Below, one piece after another: positions 1 through 10,007 of a DNA stretch of 60,110 nucleotides. A program made the translations under genes and the position numbers. Every line of letters starts with the position of its first letter. Position 1 is the stretch's first letter. The notes below the pieces were generated by a model that worked only from the letters and a program-made list of their open reading frames with translations, was not told the origin of the DNA and made no database searches. The DNA comes from a virus (Duplodnaviria; Heunggongvirae; Uroviricota; Caudoviricetes), in IMG/VR virus record IMGVR_UViG_2541047874_000004. One strand, 5' to 3'.

Positions 1-19
1 CTATTTGATAAATATTAAA

Positions 20-1315
20 TTAATTTTTCATTGCTTCGTTATGGGGCATGGTTGGGGCAAACTCGCTTAACTGTGTATTTAACAAAGCTACCTGTGCATT
101 ATTGTTTTCAGACATCCATTTTCCGTATACCTGAAATACCATTTGCGCATCTGCATGGCCCATCTGGTTTGCTATAAATGCCGGGTTAGCACCAGCTGTC
201 AGCGACCAGCAGGCATAAGTATGTCTCGACTGATATGATTTTCGATGGCGGAGTCCGGCACGTTTTATCGCTGCGTCCCACATCTGCCTTATTGAGTCAA
301 CGGTAAAATGGTCACCATAATTTTTTACTCTCGCTGACACTTCAGGTTGAAAAACAAAGGTGCATTTTTGTTTTTCTGTTCTGCCATACTCTCTGAGGTG
401 AACATCAATGATATGCTCTTTGCTCAGTCTCGTTAATGTCATCTGACTCCGGAGAGCGTCGATTGCTGGCTTAATAAGATGAATGACCCGATTGGTTCCC
501 GCCTGTGTTTTTGGTACCGTGAAACGGTCTTTTGCTAAATTTCTCCTGATCATCATTGTTCCATTTTTCAGATCTATGTCCTCCCATCCAAGTGCACACA
601 GCTCACCAGGGCGAACTCCAGTATAAACAGAAACACACCATAAATTTTTTGCTTGCTGATTTCTGCACGCATCGATAAGACGGATAAATTCTTCCCGCGA
701 AAGAGGATCCGGAATGGTTCTTGATTCCTTTAATGGCGAGATCCCCTTAAACGGATTATCTGCCAGGTAACCGTTATCAACACCAAACTGGAACACGGCG
801 TTAAGATTTGTCATGTAATTATTTACAGTTACAGCCGATCTCCCTGGTTGTGTAACAATATAGTTACTTTTGGGGATCTGGTATCCAGTCAGTAACTCTT
901 TACGAACCTCCAGTAATTTTTCTTTATTAATCGATGAGGCAAGATTTTTTTCACCGATTATGCTCAGGATATTTTTGATGACGGCACGGTATGTGTTGAG
1001 TGATGTTTTGGCGACTTCAGTTTCTTTCAGTGCCAGAAATTTTTCAGCCAGTTCTTTTATGGTTAAATCTTGTCGGGCCTCACCAAATTTTTCCAGATTG
1101 CGTGAGGAGGGAAACTGTTTTGCATAGTCGAAAACACCAGTTTTTATTGCGTAACAAACAGAGGAGCGTAGTTCACCTGCAACGCGCCTGTTTTTTGCTG
1201 TGTCAGGAACCCCCAGATTTTCCCCGACTCTTACGTCTTTATAAACAAACCAGATACGTAATTTCCCTCCATGGTTTTCCACGCCTGTCGGATATTTCAT
1301 TTCAACTTCTCTCAT
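20..1315 (-). CDS. Phage tyrosine integrase (lambda Int family) at the left prophage end
   Basis: 431-aa ORF with C-terminal tyrosine recombinase catalytic region (R...HxxR...Y pattern: RHRKSYQSRHTYA, GHADAQMVFQVYGKW); sits next to an excisionase-like gene. True start may be the internal Met (MKYPTG...). Confidence 0.8.
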   Translation of the reverse strand: MREVEMKYPTGVENHGGKLRIWFVYKDVRVGENLGVPDTAKNRRVAGELRSSVCYAIKTGVFDYAKQFPSSRNLEKFGEARQDLTIKELAEKFLALKETEVAKTSLNTYRAVIKNILSIIGEKNLASSINKEKLLEVRKELLTGYQIPKSNYIVTQPGRSAVTVNNYMTNLNAVFQFGVDNGYLADNPFKGISPLKESRTIPDPLSREEFIRLIDACRNQQAKNLWCVSVYTGVRPGELCALGWEDIDLKNGTMMIRRNLAKDRFTVPKTQAGTNRVIHLIKPAIDALRSQMTLTRLSKEHIIDVHLREYGRTEKQKCTFVFQPEVSARVKNYGDHFTVDSIRQMWDAAIKRAGLRHRKSYQSRHTYACWSLTAGANPAFIANQMGHADAQMVFQVYGKWMSENNNAQVALLNTQLSEFAPTMPHNEAMKN

Positions 1316-1334
1316 TAGTTAGTGTGGTTTTTAG

Positions 1335-1586
1335 TCAAGTAAGATGACGTCTTGGTCTCGCTGATGCCTGGCGCTCAATCCAGCGATCAATTTCTTCCAG
1401 GTTGTAAAAGCATGGACTGTTATCCCATGGCATACCGTCATGAGCGACATGCTTATATTCCCTTCCTTCCATAAACGATTTTTCCCGGGCCTTTTTTAAC
1501 GTACCTTTTTTTATTCCTTTCAGCGCAATTAACTGCTCTTCGGATACCCATTTGCCGGGAGAGACAATCATGATTACTTCGCTCAT
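1335..1586 (-). CDS. Putative excisionase / small DNA-binding protein
   Basis: 83-aa ORF immediately upstream of the integrase on the same strand; the position is typical of xis. The family assignment is an inference. Confidence 0.5.
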   Translation of the reverse strand: MSEVIMIVSPGKWVSEEQLIALKGIKKGTLKKAREKSFMEGREYKHVAHDGMPWDNSPCFYNLEEIDRWIERQASARPRRHLT

Positions 1587-1658
1587 CGATTTCTTTATCT
1601 CTTACATCAGACGAGCGCCGGTTGCAGAATACCAGTCACAACCGGCGACAGTTGAACA

Positions 1659-4166
1659 TTAAGAATCAGCCTGACTCGGGATCAGTTTTTGCCAGATAAC
1701 TGAAACGTATTTTGCCTGGTAACGGGCGTCATCAAGTGCATTATGGCGCTCACCTTCGAATGGAATAGCCGTTCTGGCATCGAAGTCTATGGCTTTCCCC
1801 AGCTCAACGATTGTGCGTACATCGCGATCGTTGTAGTAACGCCACGGGCAGGGGATCCCCTGCCGTTCGTATGAACGGCGCAAAATCGTGTTGTCGAAGT
1901 TGGCTCCATTTCCCCAAACCTGAACAAAAAATTCACCGGAGTTTTCGTCGATAAATTCTCGCAATTGTAACAGTGCATCATCTAACGGGATTTCATCGGT
2001 CATAATGGCAGATTGCGCTTCGCGTGATTGCTTAAGCCACCATTTAATGGTGTCCCGATCAATGACTCCGCCAGCAGTTTCCAGATCGATAGTCTTACTA
2101 AATTCCGGTCCCATATCTCCGGTTTGCGGATCGAAAAATATTGCACCTATTGAGATGATCGGGGCATCAGGATTTTTTCCCATGGTTTCAAGGTCGATCA
2201 TTAGATGGTCACACGTCCTGCTGGTGGATGTGATTTCGTGATGACCGTTCACCTTAATTGGGTGATCTGCCGTCTCGCCAGTTTCATTATCGCTATTGTG
2301 ATGCTGATTGCCGCCAGTGTTCTCCTTGTGTGGATGTTCAGCGCCTTCCATTTCCTCCGGATCATCTTCCTGAACTTCAACCTGATACTCTTCATCGAAT
2401 GTTTCTTGGTATGTTGCGTCGCCCATCACCGCGCCACAATCAGGGCAGTTGCCGCCGCCGGTCTGACCGCAGGCGGTGCAGACTTTTTCCACTTCCTGTT
2501 GCGCTACTGGTTCAGGCTGTTTCGTTTCTGGCTCGTTTTGTAACGCATTTGGACTGTTTTGTTCCGCTTTTTGGTAGTTCCGTTCCGATTCATGCTGGTT
2601 CTGGTTCACAGAATCGCGGGTCTGGAGCCCCTTAACCCATTTCGGATCATTCGGGTCACTAATCCCTTCAACAAATTCACCACGTGATGCAGCAAGCAAC
2701 TTATCGGCGTCAGGCTGGCTGATATTGGCTGCCTGCATAATTTTGTTTACTTCGTCAGCGGTAACTTTTATCGGCTCTGGTTGTTCTGAATCTTCAGCGG
2801 TATCTACATTTTGCGGTAAGCCCGTGTATGTGCCATTTTTTCGGGCAAAATATTCTTCTTTTGTGATTTCAGTGGCGCCAGCAGCCAGTGCCTTATCCAG
2901 ACCAGAGAGTTTGTTTGCGCGACCGTATTTTTCTCCGTCCTTATCTGCGAAGAGGAAATAGAACGGCCCCTCACGCTCTACAGATGGTTCAGCTTCCGGC
3001 GCGGTTTCATTTTTTGGGATATCAGATACCTCAGTTTCCACTGCATCAGTTTGTGTTTCTGATGACTGGAGAACATCAACAGTGCCCAGGTCTGTTTCTT
3101 CATTCTCAAACACGCCCTTTGTCGTCAGGTATTCGCAGATATATTTGTTCAGTGCTACGGGATCTTTGTGAATGTCGATCGGACGCTCACGGACAAGGCC
3201 AAAAATAGTTTGGCGGTCGTAGCGAAGGGCATCAGGCTGTTTGCGCATTGATGCCGAGATACGCTTCCAGTCTTCGCGGTCGTTGTCGATAACTTCTTTT
3301 TTTGCCCAGCGATGGATGCTGCAGTCAATGTTTCCGGCATCCACATCACTAGGCCAGAGAGCGTAGGCCAGTTCGTCATCCAGTGTTTTCCATGTCTGCT
3401 TGTATTCGCGATGAATGGCAGCAATGACCGGGCTGATTTTTCCTGTTGAATTTTCAGTGTACTGTTGATTGGCTCTGGCGCGGGCGAGATCAACAACAGA
3501 CGTGTATTTTCCGGTTTCCTTGCGTTCACCTTCGCGACGTTTTTTCCAGATGCGCATCTCTGCCTGAATTTCGGGCCATTTAGCACCAGGAATACATTTA
3601 TGCTTAACCCACCCAATGGCGTGCAACTTAAGCTCCGGATACATGGCGTTAACTTCTGGCATTTTCATCAACGCTTCAACGATATGTCCGTCGAATGTTG
3701 CCATGTCTTCCTGCAACAATTCCTGTGCGCTAATAACCATATCAACGGTGATGTTTTCACATGTGTCGAACTTAACCATGACAGCGTTCTGTACTTCAGG
3801 GGCCAGCTTGTCAAAAGTGACGTTCATCGGATCGGATTCAGTCTCAACCGGGACAAAAGAAGCAGACTCCTCATCCCAGCGGTTTTCCTGCATATATTCA
3901 GCATCCCATGAATCGAGGGCAGGGCGGGGTATGCCAGGTTTATCCTCGCAGACAATAAATTTATAAGCGCAGTCCTGAGCAGCCGGATAATGTTCCAGGA
4001 ATTGCCAGTGAAATTTTGCTCGAGCACGGCGTTCGTCGCCAGCTTCAATGGCTGTGGCTACAGCCACAGCGCCTTCTTCCCTTGTTGCCAGTTCGTCAGG
4101 AATAGCGGCGCAAATAAAGACTTTACTCATTTGTTTTAACCTCATGACAGATTTAAGGATGAACAA
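1659..4166 (-). CDS. RecE-like exonuclease (exodeoxyribonuclease VIII family) with a DEDD-type exonuclease-like C-terminal domain
   Basis: 835-aa ORF; the central segment DADKLLAASRGEFVEGISDPNDPKWVKGLQTRD matches a recalled RecE segment; the C-terminal ~200 aa carry DLETMG...HNALDDA motifs typical of DnaQ-like exonucleases. Confidence 0.6.
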   Translation of the reverse strand: MFILKSVMRLKQMSKVFICAAIPDELATREEGAVAVATAIEAGDERRARAKFHWQFLEHYPAAQDCAYKFIVCEDKPGIPRPALDSWDAEYMQENRWDEESASFVPVETESDPMNVTFDKLAPEVQNAVMVKFDTCENITVDMVISAQELLQEDMATFDGHIVEALMKMPEVNAMYPELKLHAIGWVKHKCIPGAKWPEIQAEMRIWKKRREGERKETGKYTSVVDLARARANQQYTENSTGKISPVIAAIHREYKQTWKTLDDELAYALWPSDVDAGNIDCSIHRWAKKEVIDNDREDWKRISASMRKQPDALRYDRQTIFGLVRERPIDIHKDPVALNKYICEYLTTKGVFENEETDLGTVDVLQSSETQTDAVETEVSDIPKNETAPEAEPSVEREGPFYFLFADKDGEKYGRANKLSGLDKALAAGATEITKEEYFARKNGTYTGLPQNVDTAEDSEQPEPIKVTADEVNKIMQAANISQPDADKLLAASRGEFVEGISDPNDPKWVKGLQTRDSVNQNQHESERNYQKAEQNSPNALQNEPETKQPEPVAQQEVEKVCTACGQTGGGNCPDCGAVMGDATYQETFDEEYQVEVQEDDPEEMEGAEHPHKENTGGNQHHNSDNETGETADHPIKVNGHHEITSTSRTCDHLMIDLETMGKNPDAPIISIGAIFFDPQTGDMGPEFSKTIDLETAGGVIDRDTIKWWLKQSREAQSAIMTDEIPLDDALLQLREFIDENSGEFFVQVWGNGANFDNTILRRSYERQGIPCPWRYYNDRDVRTIVELGKAIDFDARTAIPFEGERHNALDDARYQAKYVSVIWQKLIPSQADS

Positions 4167-4222
4167 ATCCCTGCCATTGCTGGCATATAAGAATGAAACC
4201 GGATATTTATTACGGAACTGTT

Positions 4223-4414
4223 TTAAAGACCTGCCGGGATTTCGATATTATCCTGGTGAATAACTTTATCGACCGGGTAACAGTTACCGGGAATTTTCTG
4301 TTCGGTTGCTGCAGTCATACACTCCTGCATTGTCCTGTGAACACTGACTGCAATATCAACTGGCTCTCCGGAAACAAGAAAAACTGTCAGAACAAGCACA
4401 AATGCTGAATTCAT
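4223..4414 (-). CDS. ydfD: YdfD-like small protein with N-terminal hydrophobic segment
   Basis: 63 aa from the internal Met (MNSAFVLVLTVFLVSGEPVDIAV...), matching recalled Qin YdfD; ATGA overlap with dicB. Confidence 0.6.
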   Translation of the reverse strand: MNSAFVLVLTVFLVSGEPVDIAVSVHRTMQECMTAATEQKIPGNCYPVDKVIHQDNIEIPAGL

Positions 4415-4599
4415 TGTGCACATCCTTTTGGCATCAGACGTAAACGAGCCAGCATTGAAACAATGCATATTTTATTTAATAGCTCCCGTTCTTGTTTTCT
4501 CTTGTTAATGGCATCTTCAGTAAATACTGGGTTACTGATAGTGACACCAATTTCAAAACAACCTTCAGACGTATTAACGTTTGGTAATAACGTTTTCAT
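4411..4599 (-). CDS. dicB: Cell-division inhibitor DicB
   Basis: 62-aa protein MKTLLPNVNTSEGCFEIGVTISNPVFTEDAINKRKQERELLNKICIVSMLARLRLMPKGCAQ matches recalled DicB. Confidence 0.85.
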   Translation of the reverse strand: MKTLLPNVNTSEGCFEIGVTISNPVFTEDAINKRKQERELLNKICIVSMLARLRLMPKGCAQ

Positions 4600-4768
4600 T
4601 ATCGCGTCCTCAACAATGAATTTTGTGATGCAGTGCCTGGTGCCTCCAGGTGACGTTAACCAGTTAACAATTAACGCCGGATACAGAGAATCCACCCATA
4701 ACACTGTTTTTGGTTTTAACTGTTCCGCGTGCGCTCAGCCGCATTCACCACATCACAAAATTCACTTT

Positions 4769-4826
4769 AAAAAGGGCGGCAGAGCAGTCACGGAGTAAAA
4801 CTGATACCGCCAAACGTCACCAGAAA
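4769..4826 (-). ncRNA. dicF: DicF small RNA (division-inhibitor sRNA processed from the dicA-side operon transcript)
   Basis: The reverse complement reads TTTCTGGTGACGTTTGGCGGTATCAGTTTTACTCCGTGACTGCTCTGCCGCCCTTTTT, matching recalled DicF with its terminator hairpin; located between ydfC and dicB as in Qin. Confidence 0.8.
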
Positions 4827-5166
4827 ATTGATAACAGAGGGCGTTGCAGCGGGGTTGTCACTTAAGCGTATGGTCAACCTGACAACCCGGTGTCCTCAAC
4901 GGGGAAGGAATAACCCCGCCATACTTACCGCCGCGCCATTTCGCGGGTTGCCACAACCGGAAGCGCACGGTCGACGAAAATTTAACGACAGGCTATCTAT
5001 GAACCAGCTACCTCGCCGTGCGCTTTCGCGTTATGGTCTGACTTTTCAGGGAAATATCCTTTCAGTAAACTGTCAGTTCCGGATGCGCACCCGTGTCCGG
5101 CGCACGCACTCCACCTCACCCGTGGAGAACTCCTTAATTACTAACCTTAGCTTTGTTGATTAGCTA

Positions 5167-5385
5167 CTAACGCGGGTATGTAATCATTCTGGCAATGCTT
5201 AATGCCGCTGCTTTTTCCAGATTGGTGATATCCTGCTCCAGAGCGGACAGATTTTCAGCCTGCTTAGCCCTGGCTTCATTAGCCCATTTCAGATCCTGCG
5301 CTGCATTAATTTTCTGGCGCATCCACTCATAAAGTTCATCATCGGTATAGTCTGGCGCGATGATGACGGGTTCTCGTTTCTGCAT
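5167..5385 (-). CDS. ydfC: YdfC-like small protein
   Basis: 72-aa ORF in the dicA-ydfABC-dicF-dicB operon position. Confidence 0.6.
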   Translation of the reverse strand: MQKREPVIIAPDYTDDELYEWMRQKINAAQDLKWANEARAKQAENLSALEQDITNLEKAAALSIARMITYPR

Positions 5386-5414
5386 ACTGATTCCTCGCGG
5401 TGCTGTTTCGCTTA

Positions 5415-5543
5415 TCAGCCGTTAGATTTTGCCGAACTGGAAAGCGCCTGTTTAAACTCACTGAAGCTGAGAGCTTCTTCGCCTTCGGCAAGGCCTTCGA
5501 AGTATTCTTCGTAAGCCTTTTCCATGATTGTGTCGAAATCCAT
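5415..5543 (-). CDS. ydfB: YdfB-like small protein (42 aa)
   Basis: Hand translation of the minus strand gives MDFDTIMEKAYEEYFEGLAEGEEALSFSEFKQALSSSAKSNG; below the 60-aa ORF-track cutoff; operon position as in Qin. Confidence 0.6.
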   Translation of the reverse strand: MDFDTIMEKAYEEYFEGLAEGEEALSFSEFKQALSSSAKSNG

Positions 5544-5544
5544 A

Positions 5545-5700
5545 TCACTCACCTGAGTTTCTTTCCAGCCAGCGACGGGCACCATTTTCGGTTTTAAACG
5601 TTTTGCTTTTGGTATACGTCATTGCGGTGAACGTGCCGTCCTGGTTTGGAAACACGCCGTACACCAGAGATTCGTTGTTGCCAAGATCGATAGTATCCAT
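5545..5700 (-). CDS. ydfA: YdfA-like small protein (51 aa)
   Basis: Internal Met of ORF 5545..5778: MDTIDLGNNESLVYGVFPNQDGTFTAMTYTKSKTFKTENGARRWLERNSGE. Confidence 0.65.
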   Translation of the reverse strand: MDTIDLGNNESLVYGVFPNQDGTFTAMTYTKSKTFKTENGARRWLERNSGE

Positions 5701-5866
5701 GCTGACCTCATTTCCCCTTAACGCTGGGGTAGCGGAACTGTTTGCTGAGAACACCGTGCGGTGTGTTGATGCAAACAAGATTAGCCATGACTAACATATC
5801 GGTCAAGTGATTTTGTATGCTATAGCTAACATAATTGATGTGGTAAAAGATAACTCATTGATGATG

Positions 5867-6274
5867 TTATCTTTTATTTGTCCGCTGACGGGCTTTTAGT
5901 AATTCTTCAAAGAGTTTATTGAAGTTTTTTACTCGAGCTCGCATTTCGGCGAGCTGGGTATCCTGTTCTGATTCTGGCAGTGCATTAAACAGCTCAAGGA
6001 GCTCTAGTTCTTTGGGGGATAAGGCAACTGGCTTCTCAACAGGTGGTGTTGGTTGCTTGTCTTCATCGCCAAATAGAATCCATGTTGGTGAGCATTGCAA
6101 TACTTTGCTGAGGGCAAAAAGGTTCTTCCCTGTAGGTTCACTATCACCCCGTTCCCATTGTGATACAGACACATGGGAGATTTTCAGGGCTTTAGCAAGA
6201 GACCTTTGGGTGTGTTTGAGGTTTTTCCGACGATACCTGATGCGTTCGCCGATAGTTAAATTTTTTGTTTCCAT
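5867..6274 (-). CDS. dicA: HTH (XRE-family) repressor DicA
   Basis: 135-aa protein beginning METKNLTIGERIRYRRKNLKHTQRSLAKALKISHVSVSQWERG matches recalled DicA; divergent from dicC. Confidence 0.85.
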   Translation of the reverse strand: METKNLTIGERIRYRRKNLKHTQRSLAKALKISHVSVSQWERGDSEPTGKNLFALSKVLQCSPTWILFGDEDKQPTPPVEKPVALSPKELELLELFNALPESEQDTQLAEMRARVKNFNKLFEELLKARQRTNKR

Positions 6275-6357
6275 AGTTAGCTAATGCTAAATCGTATTGA
6301 CTATGTTTTTGTTAACATCTATCTTGTTAGTTATGGCTAACAATAAAGGTGTTTTAA
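6275..6357. promoter_or_regulatory. dicA/dicC divergent promoter-operator region
   Basis: 83-bp intergenic region between divergent repressor genes with palindromic TAGCTA / TTAGTTATGGCTAACAA-type motifs; a similar motif (ATGCTATAGCTAACAT) lies upstream of dicA near 5820. Confidence 0.5.
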
Positions 6358-6588
6358 ATGCTTAAAACTGACGCTCTTTTGTATTTCGGTTCAAAAACAA
6401 AACTTGCACAAGCAGCAGGTATTCGTTTGGCTTCGCTTTATAGCTGGAAAGGGGATTTAGTTCCCGAAGGTCGCGCGATGCGTCTACAGGAGGCATCTGG
6501 CGGGGAGCTTCAGTATGATCCCAAAGTTTATGATGAATATCGTAAGACGAAGCGGGCGGGGCGGTTGAACAATGAAAATCACTCCTGA
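6358..6588 (+). CDS. dicC: Cro-like regulator DicC
   Basis: 76-aa protein MLKTDALLYFGSKTKLAQAAGIRLASLYSWKGDLVPEGRAMRLQEASGG... matches recalled DicC. Confidence 0.8.
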   Translation: MLKTDALLYFGSKTKLAQAAGIRLASLYSWKGDLVPEGRAMRLQEASGGELQYDPKVYDEYRKTKRAGRLNNENHS

Positions 6589-7093
6589 ACAGGCTCGTGA
6601 GGCTCTGGATGCCTGGATATGTCGACCAGGAATGACACAGGAGCAGGCGACGATATTAATCACTGAAGCATTCTGGGCTTTGAAAGAGCGCCCGAACATC
6701 GATGTTCAGCGTGTCACATATGAAGGTGGCGCGATTGATCAGCGAGCGCTTGGCGTTAATCGAGTGAAGATATTTGAACGCTGGAAGGCTATCGACACCA
6801 GGGATAAGCGTGAAAAGTTCACGGCGCTAGTGCCTGCAATTATGGAGGCTATCCGGATTAATGATTTCAGGTTGTATCGTGAAATTACTGACGGAAAAAG
6901 CATCACGTGCATGATCGCCGGGTTAAACAAAGAATATGGCGATGTGGTGGAGTCCGGACTGCTTTTTGCTGATCCTGCCGTAGTGGATCGTGAAACTGAC
7001 GAACTTATAGAAAAAGCAATTGCTTTCAAACTTGCGTATCGACAGCAATACCAACAAAAAGCTGGATGGAATTATGAGCCTTCTTTTTGCTGA
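6572..7093 (+). CDS. Hypothetical early-operon protein (YdaT-like position)
   Basis: 173-aa ORF directly downstream of the Cro-like gene, overlapping it by 17 nt; the YdaT-like assignment is a weak inference. Confidence 0.45.
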   Translation: MKITPEQAREALDAWICRPGMTQEQATILITEAFWALKERPNIDVQRVTYEGGAIDQRALGVNRVKIFERWKAIDTRDKREKFTALVPAIMEAIRINDFRLYREITDGKSITCMIAGLNKEYGDVVESGLLFADPAVVDRETDELIEKAIAFKLAYRQQYQQKAGWNYEPSFC

Positions 7094-8039
7094 ACGCCCA
7101 CTGGTTATAAACACGCAGCTGGCAATGAAAATTGGCTTAAACGAAGCCATTGTTTTGCAACAACTGCACTACTGGTTGAGAGATACCAACTCCGGCATGG
7201 AATGTGATGGTGTTCGCTGGATTTATAACACAACGGAACAATGGCTGGAACAGTTCCCATTCTGGTCAGAGTCAACGTTAAAGCGCGCGTTTGCAAGTCT
7301 GAAAACGCTGGGGCTTTTGCGTTGTGAAAAGCTCAATAAATCAAAGCGCGATATGACCAATTTCTACACGATCAACTATGGGAGCGAGCTTTTAGATGGT
7401 GGCAAATTGAGCGAATCCATCGGTTCAAAATGCGCCGCTCCATCAGGTCAAAATGACACGATGGAAGAGGTCAAAATGAAACGCTCCATTGGTTCAAAAC
7501 GACCCAATGTCATCGGGTCAAAATGGCCTGATGATCTTACAGAGAATACAACAGAGATTACTACAGAGAATAAAAACACTTTTCGTCCGGAAGCTTCGCA
7601 ACCGGACCCGCAGACGACTGAACAGGATTTTTTAACCCGGAACTCCGACGCGGTTGTGTTTAGTGCGAAAAAACGCCAGTGGGGTAGCAGGGAGGATTTG
7701 GCGTGTGCGCAGTGGATCTGGGGGCGGATCGTGGGTCTCTACGAACAGGCAGCCAGTGATGATGGCGAGATCATGCGACCAAAAGAGCCTAACTGGACTG
7801 CCTGGGCCAATGACGTGCGCACAATGCGGATGCTGGATGGCAGAAGCCACAGACAAATTTGCGAAATGTTTGGTCGGGTTCAGCGAGATCCATTCTGGGT
7901 AAAAAACATCATGAGCCCGTCAAAGCTCCGCGAAAAATGGGACGAACTGGTCATCCGCCTGGGACGTTCACCTGTACAGCGTTGTGTTAATCATATTTCT
8001 GAACCGGATACAGAAATTCCGCCTGGTTTCAGAGGATAA
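7074..8039 (+). CDS. Phage replication initiation protein (replisome-organizer N-domain, DnaT-like C-region)
   Basis: N-terminus MSLLFAERPLVINTQLAMKIGLNEAIVLQQLHYWL is typical of phage replisome-organizer proteins; internal iterons encode repeated IGSK peptides. The ORF track starts at 7020; 7074 is preferred by homology. Confidence 0.7.
   Translation: MSLLFAERPLVINTQLAMKIGLNEAIVLQQLHYWLRDTNSGMECDGVRWIYNTTEQWLEQFPFWSESTLKRAFASLKTLGLLRCEKLNKSKRDMTNFYTINYGSELLDGGKLSESIGSKCAAPSGQNDTMEEVKMKRSIGSKRPNVIGSKWPDDLTENTTEITTENKNTFRPEASQPDPQTTEQDFLTRNSDAVVFSAKKRQWGSREDLACAQWIWGRIVGLYEQAASDDGEIMRPKEPNWTAWANDVRTMRMLDGRSHRQICEMFGRVQRDPFWVKNIMSPSKLREKWDELVIRLGRSPVQRCVNHISEPDTEIPPGFRG
7415..7530. repeat. Iteron-like direct repeats (GGTCAAAATG / GGTTCAAAA, about 5 copies) inside the replication gene; putative origin
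   Basis: Seen directly in the DNA; lambdoid origins are known to lie within the initiator gene. Confidence 0.55.
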
Positions 8040-8079
8040 GTGTTGATTTCAGGTCATGAGGTAATTTTAAGGGGGACTT

Positions 8080-8502
8080 GTGGCAAAAGTTTTTACACAA
8101 GAAGAGCGGGAAAAAATTAAATGGCAGGTGGTGGAACTCGTGCGCCAGAGCGGCCGTGAGACGTTACGGCAACTGGAAGCTAAAACAGGTGCGACTAGAT
8201 ATCTGATGAGCGTTCTTGCCAGAGAGCTGGTAGCCAGTGGCGATGTATACAACTCCGGCTACGGGTTATTCCCCTCTGAACAGGCGCGTAAGGACTGGCA
8301 AAACGCCCGCAAAAAACTCTCGAGGGCAAAGGTGAAGAAACCTGCTGTGGTTGATCCGGACCTTATCTGGTCATCACCTGACGGAGAAATACGTCGCTAC
8401 GACAGTCGCCTAAACATAATCTGTCGCGAGTGCCGGAAGAGCGAAGTTATGCAGCGCATACTGGCTTTCTATCAGGGTAATTTTCAGGACGTGGCGCAGT
8501 GA
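8080..8502 (+). CDS. Hypothetical phage protein
   Basis: 140-aa ORF in the replication-region operon; no confident family. Confidence 0.4.
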   Translation: MAKVFTQEEREKIKWQVVELVRQSGRETLRQLEAKTGATRYLMSVLARELVASGDVYNSGYGLFPSEQARKDWQNARKKLSRAKVKKPAVVDPDLIWSSPDGEIRRYDSRLNIICRECRKSEVMQRILAFYQGNFQDVAQ

Positions 8503-8855
8503 GTGCACCGGCAACCATTCTTGATATGTGCTGTGGCAGCCGCATGTTCTGGTTCGATAAGTCTGACGAACGGGCGATATTCAGCGATATCAGAAAAGAA
8601 GGATACACATTACGCAATGGGAGACGCTTGATTATCAGCCCTGACATTATCGCAGATTTTCGTGCATTATCATTTGCAGACGCATCTTTTTCGATGGTTG
8701 TATTAGACCCTCCGCATCTTGAGAGTGTTGGTGATAACGCCTGGATGGGAAAGAAATATGGACGGCTGAATAAAGATGCCTGGCGTGATGATTCGCGACA
8801 GAGATTTAAAGAAGCCTTTCGGGTGTTGAGGCCGCACGGCGTTCTGATTTTTTAA
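8499..8855 (+). pseudogene. DNA methyltransferase-like fragment, probably truncated
   Basis: 118-aa ORF with LDMCCGSRMFWFDK and VVLDPPH motifs (SAM-binding and DPPH/DPPY-like); ends at a T-run with no C-terminal half, followed by about 1.6 kb without sustained ORFs. Confidence 0.4.
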
Positions 8856-10007
8856 TGGAATGAAACGCAAATACCGGTAAGCCAGATTCTGGCACTGACA
8901 GACAGAAAACCTGTTATCTGTCAACGAACAGGGAAAAAACGATAAAACCCACTGGATTATTTTTATGAAAGAGGCATCCAGTGAGTAGATTCGTAAGGCT
9001 ACAGATACGTATATCTGAATAATTAAATTCAGTTCTGTAAATAAAATTTAATCCTTAACCGGATGGATTTCTGCACCCTCAGAACATCAGGAGGCCGCCC
9101 GAAAGGGCGGTAGTGAAATGCGAAAGTTCAAAATTATTATTGAAACGGGAATAGCTGGTGGAGATTTTGAGGATGTATTCGAAGTGGACGATGACGCAAC
9201 ACCTGAGGAAATTCATGACGGAGCATAAGAAATTTTCTTTAACTACTGCAATTACTCATACCACGAAATAAAAGACGATGAGGAAGAACAAAGTGGCTGA
9301 TTTTTGTTCAGCTAAATATAACATCAGTTTTGAAGAGCGGGATGAACTATTAATGGACTATGGTGAGTTACGCGGTGGAAGTGCTGCTGATGTCGAATCC
9401 TAGCGTGATGACTATGAAGCGGGAAAAACTCCGGTCGAAGCATATTGTGATGAGTGGGGCGATGAATGAGCGAGATTAATTATCAGGAAGGGCATGAAAC
9501 GGCGGGGCAAGCAAAACCAGTGGCATGGCGATATCGCTACGTGAAAAAAGGCGTTACGGACTTTCAGGGGAAGTAGTGGTCTGGTGACTGGAAATATGTA
9601 CCGAAAAAAGAGGATTGTAACGACAGGCCGAACTATCAAATTCAGGCCTTATTCACTGCCTCACCAGTCCCAGTTACATCAGAAGAACTGGTTAAAGCTG
9701 TGCACTTTTATGAACAACTAAAACGCGAAAATCCACCAACATCCGGCAACTAGATTAATGGATTAACTATGTCGGTTAAACGACCAGCCAACTGAAAAAG
9801 CGGAAACCTGATTACAGGTTGCCAGATAAGGCAATGAGCTACCTGGCGCGGAACGGACTGATAAGTATGGGGAATGTTTTACGATGAACCTTTAGACTAA
9901 AGAGTTTGTAACGCTATGTAAGTGATTTTTTCTGGTTTAGATATTTATATGTCCGGCCAAATTGAGGTGTGTTTAAATGTAATTGCACATTGATTGTAGG
10001 AGGAATA

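Noticed and set aside
1-19. Possible prophage attL at the window start
   Set aside because: Only 19 bp lie beyond the integrase stop; too little sequence to identify an att site or repeat.
4463-4798. 111-aa plus-strand ORF
   Set aside because: Antisense to dicB and the dicF region; the minus-strand genes are supported by recalled protein and RNA sequences.
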